A DNA stretch of 64,000 nucleotides from Eledone cirrhosa (Eukaryota). This document shows, in pieces, positions 49,540 to 62,280 of this stretch (positions within the stretch are counted from its first letter, which is position 1; each line of letters starts with the position of its first letter). The stretch spans positions 77,128,001 to 77,192,000 of the forward strand of contig OZ024740.1 of NCBI GenBank assembly GCA_964016885.1, given 5' to 3'. The notes under the pieces are model-generated. The model made no database searches and was not told where the DNA came from. It worked only from the letters and a program-made list of their open reading frames with translations. A program made the translations under genes and the position numbers.

Positions 49540-52500
49540 TTAACGATAGTTTGGGTGTTGGCGTTGGTGTTGGTGGTGGGGCTGGAATGCTGTTTATGTT
49601 GATGTTGTTGATGTTAGCGATGGTATTGGAGTTGGTGTTGGTGTTGGTGGTGGGGCTGGAGTGTTGTTGATATTGATGTTGGTGTTGTTAGCGATGGTAT
49701 TGGAGTTGGTGTTGGTGTTGGTGGTGGGGCTGGAGTGCTGTTGATGTTGATGTTGGTGTTGTTAGCGATGGTATTGGAGTTGGCGTTGGTGTTGGTGTTG
49801 ATGGTGGGGCTGGAGTGCTGTTGATGTTGATGTTGGTGTTGTTAGCGATGGTATTGGAGTTGGCGTTGGTGTTGGTGTTGATGGTGGGGCTGGAGTGCTG
49901 TTGATGTTGATGTTGGTGTTGTTAGCGATGGTATTGGATTTGGTGTTGGTGTTGGTGGTGGGGCTGGAGTGTTGTTGATGTTGATTTTGGTGTTGTTAGT
50001 GATGTTATTGGAGGTGGCGTTGGTGTTGGTGGTGGGGCTGGAGTGCTGTTGATGTTGATGTTGGTGTTGTTAGCGATGGTATTGGAGTTGGCGTTGGTGT
50101 TGGTGTTGATGGTGGGGCTGGAGTGCTGTTGATGTTGATGTTGGTGTTGTTAGCGATGGTATTGGAGTTGGCGTTGGTGTTGGTATTGATGGTGGGGCTG
50201 GAGTGCTGTTGATGTTGATGTTGGTGTTGTTAGCGATGGTATTGGATTTGGTGTTGGTGTTGGTGGTGGGGCTGGAGTGTTGTTGATGTTGATTTTGGTG
50301 TTGTTAGTGATGTTATTGGAGGTGGCGTTGGTGTTGGTGGTGGGGCTGGAGTGCTGTTGATGTTGATGTTGGTGTTGTTAGCGATGGTATTGGAGTTGGT
50401 GTTGGTGTTGGTGGTGGGGCTAGAGTGTTGTTGATGTTGATGTTGGTGTTGTTAGCGATGGTATTGGAGTTGGCGTTGGTGTTGGTGTTGATGGTGGGGC
50501 TGGAGTGCTGTTGATGTTGATGTTGGTTTTGTTAGCGATTGTATTGGAGTTGGTGTTGGTGGTGGGGCTGGAGTGCTGTTGATGTTGATGTTGGTGTTGT
50601 TAGCGATGGTATTGGAGTTGGTGTTGGTGTTGGTGGTGGGGCTAGAGTGCTGTTGATGTTGATGTTGGTGTTGTTAGCGATGGTATTGGAGTTGGCGTTG
50701 GTGTTGGTGTTGATGGTGGGGCTGGAGTGCTGTTGATGTTGATGTTGGTTTTGTTAGCGATTGTATTGGAGTTGGTGTTGGTGGTGGGGCTGGAGTGCTG
50801 TTGATGTTGATGTTGGTGTTGTTAGCGATGGTGTTGGAGTTGGTGTTGGTGGTGGGGCTGGAGTGCTGTTGATGTTGATGTTGGTTTTGTTAGCGATTGT
50901 ATTGGAGTTGGCGTTGGTGATGGTGTTGGTGGTGGGGCTGGAGTGCTGTTGATGTTGGTGTTGTGGTGGGGCTGGATTACTGTTGATGTTGATGTTGGTG
51001 TTGTTATCGATGGTATTGGAGTTGGTGTTGTTGGTGGGGCTGGAGTGCTATTCATGTTGATGTTGATGTTCGTATTGTTAGCGATGGTATTGGAGTTGAC
51101 GTTGTTGTTGGTGTTGGTGGTGGGTCGGGTGTGCTGTTCATGTTGATGTTGTGTTGTTAGCGATGGTATTGGAGTTGGTGTTGGTGTTGTGGTGGGGCTG
51201 GAGTGCTGTTGATGTTGATGTTGGTGTTGTTAGTGATGTTATTGGAGGTGGCGTTGGTGTTGGTGGTGGGGCTGGAGTGCTGTTGATGTTGATGTTGGTG
51301 TTGTTAGCGATGGTGTTGGAGTTGGTGTTGGTGTTGTGGTGGGGCTGGAGTACTGTTGATATTGATGTTGGTGTTGTTATCGATGGTATTGGAGTTGGCG
51401 ATGGTGTTGGTGGTGGGGCTGGAGTGCTGTTGATGTTGATGTTGGTGCTGTTAGCGATTGTATTGGAGTTGGTGTTGGTGTTGGTGGTGGGGCTGGAGTG
51501 CTGTTGATGTTGATGTTGGTGTTGTTAGCGCTGGTATTGGAGTTGGCGTTGGTTTTGGTTTAGGTGGCGGGGCGGGAGTGCTGTTGATGTTGATGTTGGT
51601 GTTGTTAGCGATTGTATTGGCGTTAGCGTTGGTGTTGGTGGTGGGGCCGCAGTGGTGTTGTTAGCGATGGTATTGGAGTTGGTGTTGGTGTTGGTGGTGG
51701 GGCTGGAGTGCTGTTGATGTTGATGTTGGTGTTGTTAGCGATGGTATTGGAGTTGGTGTTGGTGGTGGGGCTGGAGTGCTGTTGATGTTGATGTTGGTGT
51801 TGTTAGCGATGGTATTGGAGTTGGTGTGGTGTTGGTGGTGGGGCGGGAGTGTTTTTGATGTTGATGTTGGTGTTGTTAGCGATGGTATTGGATTTGGCGT
51901 TGGTGTTGGTGGTGGGGCTGGAGTGCTGGTGATGTTGATGTTGGTGTTGTTAGCGATGGTATTGGAGGTGGCGTTGGTGTTGGTGGTGGGGCTGGAGTGC
52001 TGTTGATGTTGATGTTGGTGTTGTTAGCGATAGTTTGGGTGTTGGCGTTGGTGTTGGTGGTGGGGCTGGAATGCTGTTTATGTTGATGTTGTTGATGTTA
52101 GCGATGGTATTGGAGTTGGTGTTGGTGTTGGTGGTGGGGCTGGAGTGTTGTTGATATTGATGTTGGTGTTGTTAGCGATGGTATTGGAGTTGGTGTTGGT
52201 GTTGGTGGTGGGGCTGGAGTGCTGTTGATGTTGATGTTGGTGTTGTTAGCGATGGTATTGGAGTTGGCGTTGGTGTTGGTGTTGATGGTGAGGCTGGAGT
52301 GCTGTTGATGTTGATGTTGGTGTTGTTAGCGATGGTATTGGAGTTGGCGTTGGTGTTGGTGTTGATGGTGGGGCTGGAGTGCTGTTGATGTTGATGTTGG
52401 TGTTGTTAGCGATGGTATTGGATTTGGTGTTGGTGTTGGTGGTGGGGCTGGAGTGTTGTTGATGTTGATTTTGGTGTTGTTAGTGATGTTATTGGAGGTG

Positions 52501-53370
52501 GCGTTGGTGTTGGTGGTGGGGCTGGAGTGCTGTTGATGTTGATGTTGGTGTTGTTAGCGATGGTATTGGAGTTGGCGTTGGTGTTGGTGTTGATGGTGGG
52601 GCTGGAGTGCTGTTGATGTTGATGTTGGTGTTGTTAGCGATGGTATTGGAGTTGGCGTTGGTGTTGGTATTGATGGTGGGGCTGGAGTGCTGTTGATGTT
52701 GATGTTGGTGTTGTTAGCGATGGTATTGGATTTGGTGTTGGTGTTGGTGGTGGGGCTGGAGTGTTGTTGATGTTGATTTTGGTGTTGTTAGTGATGTTAT
52801 TGGAGGTGGCGTTGGTGTTGGTGGTGGGGCTGGAGTGCTGTTGATGTTGATGTTGGTGTTGTTAGCGATGGTATTGGAGTTGGTGTTGGTGTTGGTGGTG
52901 GGGCTAGAGTGTTGTTGATGTTGATGTTGGTGTTGTTAGCGATGGTATTGGAGTTGGCGTTGGTGTTGGTGTTGATGGTGGGGCTGGAGTGCTGTTGATG
53001 TTGATGTTGGTTTTGTTAGCGATTGTATTGGAGTTGGTGTTGGTGGTGGGGCTGGAGTGCTGTTGATGTTGATGTTGGTGTTGTTAGCGATGGTATTGGA
53101 GTTGGTGTTGGTGTTGGTGGTGGGGCTAGAGTGCTGTTGATGTTGATGTTGGTGTTGTTAGCGATGGTATTGGAGTTGGCGTTGGTGTTGGTGTTGATGG
53201 TGGGGCTGGAGTGCTGTTGATGTTGATGTTGGTTTTGTTAGCGATTGTATTGGAGTTGGTGTTGGTGGTGGGGCTGGAGTGCTGTTGATGTTGATGTTGG
53301 TGTTGTTAGCGATGGTGTTGGAGTTGGTGTTGGTGGTGGGGCTGGAGTGCTGTTGATGTTGATGTTGGTG
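49540..53370. repeat. ~1.35-kb block duplicated at 2484-bp offset (49540-50885 and 52025-53370)
   Basis: GATAGTTTGGG is at 49545 and 52029, and ORFs 50539/53023 and 50761/53245 share offset 2484. The block contains a 308-bp tetramer repeat (49801/50109) and a 222-bp trimer repeat (50539/50761). Confidence 0.88.
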
Positions 53371-53944
53371 TTGTTAGCGATGGTATTGGAGTTGGTGTGG
53401 TGTTGGGGGTGGGGCGGGAGTGTTTTTGATGTTGATGTTGGTGTTGTTAGCGATGGTATTGGATTTGGCGTTGGTGTTGGTGGTGGGGCTGGAGTGCTGG
53501 TGATGTTGATGTTGGTGTTGTTAGCGATGGTATTGGAGGTGGTGTTGGTGTTGGTGTTGGTGGTGTGGCTGGAGTGCTGTTGATGTTGATGTCGGTGTTG
53601 TTAGCAATGGTATTGGTATTGGAGTTGGTGTTGGTGTTGGTGGTGGGGCTGGAGTGCTGTTGATGTTGATGTTGGTGTTGTTAGCGATGGTATTGGAGTT
53701 GGTGTTGGTGTTGGTGGTGGGGTTGGGGCTGGAGTGCTGTTGATGTTAATGTTGGTGTTGTTAGCGATGGTATTGGAGTTGGTGTTGGTGCTGGTGGTGG
53801 GGCTGGAGTGCTGTTGATGTTGATGTTGGTGTTGTTAGCGATGGTATTGGAGTTGGTGTTGGTGGTGGGGCTGGCGTGCTGTTGATGTTGATGTTGGTGT
53901 TGTTAGCGATGGTATTGGAGTTGGGGTTGGTGCTGGTGGTGGGG

Positions 53945-54835
53945 CTGGAGTGCTGTTGATGTTGATGTTGGTGTTGTTAGCGATGCTATTGGAGTTGGCG
54001 TTGGTGTTGGTGTTGGTGGTGGGGTTGGAGTGCTGTTGATGTTGATGTTGGTGTTGTTAGCGATGCTATTGGAGTTGGCGTTGGTGTTGGTGTTGGTGGT
54101 GGGGCTGGAGTGCTGTTGATGTTGATGTTGGTGTTGTTAGCGATGCATTTGGAGTTGGCGTTGGTGTTGGTGTTGGTGGTGGGGTTGGAGTGCTGTTGAT
54201 GTTGATGTTGGTGTTGTTAGCGATGCTATTGGAGTTGGCGTTGGGGTTGGTGTTGGTGGTGGGGCTGGAGTGCTGTTGATGTTGATGTTGGTGTTGTTAG
54301 CGATGCTATTGGAGTTGGCGTTGGTGTTGGTGTTGGTGGTGGGGTTGGAGTGCTGTTGATGTTGATGTTGGTGTTGTTAGCGATGGTATTGGAGGTGGCG
54401 TTGGTGTTGGTGTTGGTGGTGGGGTTGGAGTGCTGTTGATGTTGATGTTGGTGTTGTTAGCGATGCTATTGGAGTTGGCGTTGGTGTTGGTGTTGGTGGT
54501 GGGGCTGGAGTGCTGTTGATGTTGATGTTGGTGTTGTTAGCGATGGTATTGGAGTTGGTGTTGGTGTTGGTGGTGGGGCTGGAGTGCTGTTGATGTTGAT
54601 GTTGGTGTTGTTAGCGATGCTATTGGAGTTGGCGTTGGTGTTGGTGTTGGTGGTGGGGCTGGAGTGCTGTTGATGTTGATGTTGGTGTTGTTAGCGATGC
54701 TATTGGAGTTGGCGTTGGTGTTGGTGTTGGTGGTGGGGCTGGAGTGCTGTTGATGTTGATGTTGGTGTTGTTAGCGATGCTATTGGAGTCGGCGTTGGTG
54801 TTGGTGTTGGTGGTGGGGTTGGAGTGCTGTTGATG
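53945..54835. repeat. Local run of 80-bp monomers with the CGATGCTATT variant
   Basis: CGATGC is at 53981, 54061, 54141, 54221, 54301, 54461, 54615, 54695 and 54775. Spacing is 80 bp apart from one 74-bp unit. Confidence 0.9.
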
Positions 54836-57800
54836 TTGATGTTGTTAGCGATGGTATGGGAGTTGGTGTTGGTTTTGGTGTTGGGGCTGGAGTGCTGTTG
54901 ATGTTGATGTTGGTGTTGTTAGCGATGGTATTGGAGTTGGCGTTGGTGTTGGTGTTGGTGGTGGGGTTGGAGTGCTGTTGATGTTAATGTTGGTGTTGTT
55001 AGCGATGGTATTGGAGTTGGTGTTGGTGGTGGGGCTGGAGTGCTGTTCATGTTGATGTTGGTGTTGTTAGCGATGTTATTGGAGGTAGCGTTGGTGTTGG
55101 TGGTGGGGCTGGAGTGCTGTTGATGTTGATGTTGGTGTTGTTAGCGATGGTATTGGAGTTGGTGTTGGTGGTGGGGCTGGAGTGTTGTTCATGTTGATGT
55201 TGGTGTTGTTAGCGATGGTTTTGGAGGTGGCGTTGGTGTTGGTGGTGGGGCTGGAGTGCTGTTGATGTTGATGATCGTATTGTTAGCGATGGTATTGGAG
55301 TTGGTGTTGGTGTTGGTGGTGGGGCTGGAGTGCTGTTGATGTTGATGTTGGTGTTGTTAGCGATGGTATTGGAATTGGCGTTGGTGTTTGTGTTGGTGGT
55401 GGGGCTGGAGTGCTGTTGATGTTGATGTTGGTGTTGTTAGCGATGGTATTGGAGTTGGCGTTGGTGTTTGTGTTGGTGGTGGGGTTGGAGTGCTGTTGAT
55501 GTTGATGTTGGTGTTGTTAGCGATGGTATTGGAGTTGGTTGTTGGTGTTGGTGGTGGGGCTGGAGTGCTGTTGATGTTGATGTTGGTGTTGTTAGCGATG
55601 GTATTGGAGTTGGTGTTGGTGTTGTGGTGGGGTTGGAGTGCTGTTGATGTTGATGTTGGTGTTGTTAGCGATGGTATTGGATTTGGTGTTGGTGTTGGAG
55701 TTGGTGGTGGGGTTGGAGTGCTGTTGATGTTGATGTTGGTGTTGTTAGCGATGGTATTGGAGTTGGTTGTTGGTGTTGGTGGTGGGGCTGGAGTGCTGTT
55801 GATGTTGATGTTGGTGTTGTTAGCGATGGTATTGGAGTTGGTTGTTGGTGTTGTGGTGGGGGTGGAGTGCTGTTGATGTTGACGTTGGTGTTGTTAGAGA
55901 TGGTATTGAAGTTGGCGTTGGTGTTGGTGGTGGGGCTGGAATGCTGTTTATGTTGATGTTGGTGTTGTTAGCGATGGTATTGGAGTTGGCGTTGTTGTTG
56001 GTGTTGGTGGTGGGGTTGGAGTGCTGTTGATGTTGATGTTGGTGTTGTTAGCGATTGTATTGGAGTTGGTGTTGGTGGTGGGGCTAGAGTGCTGTTGATG
56101 TTGATGTTGGTTTTGTTAGCGATTGTATTGGAGTTGGTGTTGGTGTTGGTGGTGGGGCTAGAGTGCTGTTGATGTTGATGTTGGTGTTGTTAGCGATGGT
56201 ATTGGAGTTGGCGTTGGTGTTGGTGTTGGTGGTGGGGCTGGAGTGCTGTTGATGTTGATGTTGGTGTTGTTAGCGATTGTATTGGAGTTGGTGTTGGTGG
56301 TGGGGCTAGAGTGCTGTTGATGTTGATGTTGGTTTTGTTAGCGATTGTATTGGAGTTGGTGTTGGTGGTGGGGCTGGAGTGCTGTTGATGTTGATGTTGG
56401 TGTTGTTAGCGATGGTATTGGAGTTGGCGTTGGTGTTGGTGTTGGTGGTGGGGCTGGATTGCTGTTGATGTTGACGTTGGTGTTGTTAGCGATGGTATTG
56501 GAGTTGGTGTTGGTGGTGGGGCTGGAGTGCTATTCATGTTGATGTTGATGTTCGTATTGTTAGCGATGGTATTGGAGTTGACGTTGGTGTTGGTGTTGGT
56601 GGTGGGTCGGGTGTGCTGTTGATGTTGATGTTGGTGTTGTTATCGATGGTATTGGAGTTGGCGATGGTGTTGGTGGTGGGGCTGGAGTGCTGTTGATGTT
56701 GATGTTGGTGTTGTTAGCGATGGTATTGGAGTTGGTGTGGTGTTGGTGGTGGGGCGGGAGTGTTTTTGATGTTGATGTTGGTGTTGTTAGCGATGTTATT
56801 GGAGGTGGCGTTGGTGTTGGTAGTGGTGCTGGAGTGCTGTTGATGTTGATGTTGGTGTTGTTAGGGATGGTATTGGATTTGGCGTTGGAGTTGGTGGTGG
56901 GGCTGGAGTGCTGTTGATGTTGATGTTGGTGTTGTTAGCGATGCTATTGGAGTTGGCGTTGGTGTTGGTGTTGGTAGTGGGGTTGGAGTGCTGTTGATGT
57001 TGATGTTGTTAGCGATGGTATGGGAGTTGGTGTTGGTTTTGGTGTTGGGGCTGGAGTGCTGTTGATGTTGATGTTGGTGTTGTTAGCGATGGTATTGGAG
57101 TTGGCGTTGGTGTTGGTGTTGGTGGTGGGGTTGGAGTGCTGTTAATGTTAATGTTGGTGTTGTTAACGATGGTATTGGAGGTAGCGTTGGTGTTGGTGGT
57201 GGGGCTGGAGTGCTGTTGATGTTAATGTTGGTGTTGTTAGCGATGGTATTGGAGTTGGTGTTGGTGGTGGGGCTGGAGTGTTGTTGATATTGATGTTGGT
57301 GTTGTTAGCGATGTTATTGGAGGTGGTGTTGGTGTTGGTGGTGGGGCTGGAGTGCTGTTGATGTTGATGTTCGTATTGTTAGCGATGGTATTGGAGTTGG
57401 TGTTGGTGTTGGTGGTGGGGCTGGAGTGCTGTTGATGTTGATGTTGGTGTTGTTAGCGATGGTATTGGAGTTGTCGTTGGTGTCGGTGTTGGTAGTGGGG
57501 CTGGAGTGCTGTTGATATTGATGTTGGTGTTGTTAGCGATGGTATTGGAGTTGGTGTTGGTGGTGGGGCTGGAGTGCTGTTGATGTTCGTATTGTTAGCG
57601 ATGGTATTGGAGTTGGTGTTGGTGTTGGTGGTGGGGCTGGAGTGCTGTTGATGTTGATGTTGGTGTTGTTAGCGATGGTATTGGAGTGGTCGTTGGTGTT
57701 GGTGTTGGTGGTGGGGCTGGAGTGCTGTTGATGTTGATGTTGGTTTTGTTTGCGATGGTACTGGAGTTCGTGTTGGTGTTAGTGGTGGGGCTGGAGTGTT

Positions 57801-60800
57801 GTTGATATTGATGTTGGTGTTGTTAGCGATGGTATTGGAGTTGGTGTTGGTGTTGGTGGTGGGGTTGGAGTGCTGTTGATGTTGATGTTGGTGTTGTTAG
57901 GGATGGTATTGAGTTGGCGTTGGTGTTGGTGGTGGGGCTGGAGTGCTGTTGATGTTGATGTTGGTGTTGGTAGCGATGGTACTGGAGTTGGTGTTGGTGC
58001 TGGTGGTGGCGCTGGAGTGCTTTTGATGTTGATGGTGTGTTGTTAGCGATGGTATTGGAGTTGGTGTTGGTGTTGTTGTTGGTGTTGTGGCAGGAGTGCT
58101 GTTGATGTTGATGTTGGTGTTGTTAGCGATGGTATTGGAGTTGGCGTTGGTGTTGGTGTTGGTGGTGGGGCTGGAGTGCTCTAGATGTTGATGTTGGTGT
58201 TTTTAGCGATGTTATTGGAGTTGGTGTTGGTGTTGTTGTTGGTGTTGTGGCAGAAGTGCTGTTGATGTTGATGTTGGTGTTGTTAGCGATGGTATTGGAG
58301 TTGGTGTTGGTGTTGGTGGTGTTGCTGGAGTGCTATTGATGTTGATGTTAGTGTTGTTAGCGATGGTATTGGAGTTGGCGATGGTGTTGGTGTTGGTGGT
58401 GGGCCTGGAGTGCTGTGGATGTTGATGTTGGTGTTGTTAGCGATGGTATTGGAGTTGGCGTTGGTGTTGGTGTTGGTGGTGGGGCGGGAGTGCTGTTGAT
58501 GTTGATGTTGGTGTTGTTAGCGATGGTTTTGGAGATGGCGTTGGTGTTGGTGTTGGTGGTGGGGTTGGAGTGCTGTTGATGTTGATGTTGGTGTTGTTAA
58601 CGATGGTTTTGGAGATGGCGTTGGCGTTGGTGTTGGTGGTGGGGTTGGAATGCTGTTGATGTTCATGTTGGTGTTGTTAGCGATGGTATGGGAGTTGGTT
58701 TGGATTTGGTGTTCGGGCTGTGTTGCTGTTGATGTTGATGTTGGTGTTGTTAGGGATGGTATTGGAGTTGGAGTTGGTGTTGGTGTTGGGGCTGGAGTGC
58801 TGTTGATGTTGATGTTGGTGTTGTTAGCGATGGTATTGGAGTTGGTGTTGGAGTTGTGGGTGGGGCTGGAGTGCCGTTGATGTTGATATTGGTGTTGTTA
58901 GCGATGGTATTAGAGTTGGCGTTGGTGTTGGTGTTGGGGCTGGAGTGCTGTTGATGTTGATGTTGGTGTTGTTAGCGATGGTATTGGAGTTGGTGTTGGA
59001 GTTGTGGTTGGGGCTGGAGTGCTGTTGATGTTGATATTGGTGTTGTTAGCGATGGTATTAGAGTTGGTGTTGGTGTTGTTGTTGGTGTTGTGGCAGGAGT
59101 GCTGTTGATGTTGATGTTGGTGTTGTTAGCGATGGTATTGGAGTTGGCGTTGGTGTTGGTGGTGGGGCTGGAGTACTGTTGATGTTGATGTTAGTGTTGT
59201 TAGCGATGGTTTTGGTGTTGGCGTTGGTGTCGGTGGTGGGGCTGGAGTGCTGTTGATGTTGATGTTGGTGTTGTTTGCGATGGTATTGGAGTTGGCGTTG
59301 GTGTTGGTGTTGGTGGTGTGGCTGGAGTTCTGTTGATGTTGATGTTGGTGTTGTTAGCAATGGTTTTGGTGTTGGCGTTGGTGTTGGTGGTGGGGCTGGA
59401 ATGCTGTTTATGTTGATGTTAGTGTTGTTATCGATGGTATTGGAGTTGGCGATGGTGTTGACGTTGGTGGTGGGGCTGGAGTGCTGTTGATGTTGATGTT
59501 GGTGTTGTTAGCGATGGTATTGGAGTTGGCATTGGTGTTGGTGGTGGCGGTGGGGCTGGAGTGCTGTTGATGTTGAGGTTGGTGTTGTTAGCGATGGTAT
59601 TGGAGTTGGCATTGGTGTTGGTGGTGGTGGTGGGGCTGCAGTGCTGTTGATGTTGATGTTGGTGTTGTTAGCGATGGTATTGGAGTTGGTGTTGGAGTTG
59701 TAGGTGGGGCTGGAGTGCTGTTGATGTTGATATTGGTGTTGTTAGCGATGGTATTGGAGTTGGCGTTGGTTTTGGTGGTGGTGGTGGGGTTGGAGTGCTG
59801 TTGATGTTGATGTTGGTGTTGTTAGCTATGGTATTGGAGTTGGCGTTGGTGTTGGTGGTGGGGCGGGAGTGCTGTTCATGTTGATGTTGGTTTTGTTTGC
59901 GATGGTATTGGAGTTGGTGTTAGTGGTGGGGCTGGAGTGTTGTTGATATTGATGTTGGTGTTGTTAGCGATGGTATTGGAGTTGGTGTTGGTGTTGGTGG
60001 TGGGGCTGGAGTGCTGTTGATGTTGATGTTGGTGTTGTTAGGGATGGTATTGAGTTGGCGTTGGTGTTGGTGTTGGTGGTGGGGTTGGAGTGCTGTTGAT
60101 GTTGATGTTGGTGTTGGTGCTGGTGGTGGCGCTGGAGTGCTGTTGATGTTGATGTTGGTGTTGTTAGCGATGGTATTGAGTTGGCGTTGGTGTTGGTGTT
60201 GGTGGTGGGGCTGGAGTGCTGTTGATGTTGATGTTGGTGTTGTTAGGGATGGTATTGAGTTGGCGTTGGTGTTGGTGTTGGTGGTGGGGCTGGAGTGCTG
60301 TTGATGTTGATATTGGTGTTGGTGCTGGTGGTGGCGCTGGAGTGCTGTTGATGTCGATGTTGGTGTTGTTAGCGATGGTATTGGAGTTGGCGTTGGTGTT
60401 GGTGTTGGTGGTGGGGTTGGAGTGCTGTTGATGTTAATGCTGGTGTTGTTAGCGATGGTATTGGAGTTGGTGTTGGAGATGTGGGTGGGGCTGGAGGCCC
60501 GTGATGTTGATATTGGTATTGTTAGTGATGTTATTGGAGTTGGCGTTGGTGTTGGTGTTGGGGCTGGAGTGCTGTTGATGTTGATGTTGGTGTTGTTAGC
60601 GATGGTATGGGAGTTGGTGTTGGTGTTGGTGGTGGGGCTGGAGTGCTGTTGATGTTGATGTAGGTGTTGTTAGTGATGTTATTGGAGTTGGCGTTGGTGT
60701 TTGTGGTGGGCTGGAGTGCTGTTGATGTTGATGTTTGTGTTGTTAGCGATGGTATTGGAGTTGGGGTTGGTGTTGGTGGTGGGGCTGGAGTGCTGTTGAT

Positions 60801-61789
60801 GTTGATGTTGGTGTTGTTAGCGATGTTATTGGAGTTGGCGTTGGTTTTGGTGTTGGGGCTGGAGTGCTGTTGATGTTGATGTTGGTGTTGTTAGCGATGG
60901 TATTGGAGTTGGTGTTGGTGTTGGTGGTGGGGCTGGAGTGCTGTTGATGTTGATGTTGGTGTTGTTAGCGATGGTATTGGAGTTGCGGTTGGTGTTGGTT
61001 GTGGGGCTGGAGTGCTGTTGATGATGATGTTGGTGTTGTTAGCGATTGTATTGGAGTTGGTGTTGGTGTTGGTGGTGGGGCTGGAGTGCTGTTGATGTTG
61101 GTGTTGTTAGCGATGTTATTGGAGTTGGAGTTGGTGTTGGTGTTGGGGCTGGAGTGCTGTTGATGTTGATGTTGGTGTTGTTAGCGATGGTATTGGAGTT
61201 GGTGTTGGTGGTGGAGCTGGAGTACTGTTGATGTTGATGTTAGTGTTGTTAGCGATGGTTTTGGTGTTGGCGTTGGTGTTGGTGGTGGGGCTGGTGTGCT
61301 GTTGATGTTGATGTTGGTGTTGTTAGCGATGGTATTGGAGTTGGTGTTGGTGTTCGTGTTGGTGGTGTGGCTGGAGTTCTGTTGATGTTGATGTTAGTGT
61401 TGTTAGCGATGGTATTGGAGTTGGCGTTGGTGTTGGTGTTGGTGGTGTGGCTGGAGTTCTGTTGATGTTGATGTTGGTGTTGTTAGCGATGGTATTGGAG
61501 TTGGTGTTGGTGTTCGTGTTGGTGGTGGGGCTAGAGTGCAGTTGCTGTTGATGTTGGTGTTGTTAGCGATGGTTTTGGTGTTGGCGTCGGTGTTGGTGGT
61601 GGGGCTGGAATGCTGTTTATGTTGATGTTGGTGTTGTTAGCGATGGTTTTGGTGTTGGCGTTGGTGTTGGTGGTGGGGCTGGTGTGCTGTTGATGTTGAT
61701 GTTAGTGTTGTTAGCGATGGTTTTGGTGTTGGCGTTGGTGTTGGTGGTGGGGCTGGAATGCTGTTTATGTTGATGTTGGTGTTGTTAGC

Positions 61790-62280
61790 GATGGTATTGC
61801 AGTTGGCATTGGTGTTGGTGGTAGTGGTGGGGCTGGAGTGCTGTTGATGTTGATGTTGGTGTTGTTAGCGATGGTATTGGAGCTGGCGTTGGTTTTGGTG
61901 GTGGTGGTGGGGCTGGAGTGCTGTTGATGTTGATGTTGGTGTTGTTAGCGATGGTATTGGAGTTGGCACTGGTGTTGGTGGTGGTGGTGGGGCTGGAGTG
62001 CTGTTGATGTTGAGGTTGGTGTTGTTAGCGATGGTATTGGAGTTGGCATTGGTGTTGGTGGTGGTGGTGGGGCTGGAGTGCTGTTGATGTTGATGTTGGT
62101 GTTGTTAGCGATGGTATTGGAGTTGGCACTGGTGTTGGTGGTGGTGGTGGGGCTGGAGTGCTGTTGATGTTGAGGTTGGTGTTGTTAGCGATGGTATTGG
62201 AGTTGGCATTGGTGTTGGTGGTAGTGGTGGGGCTGGAGTGCTGTTGATGTTGATGTTGGTGTTGTTAGCGATGGTATTGG
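61790..62280. repeat. Local run of 80-bp monomers lengthened by an expanded (GGT)n tract, partly a 160-bp dimer
   Basis: AG(T/C)TGGC starts at 61801, 61881, 61961, 62041, 62121 and 62201. GGCACT...TGAGGTT recurs at +160 (61961/62121). Confidence 0.85.
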
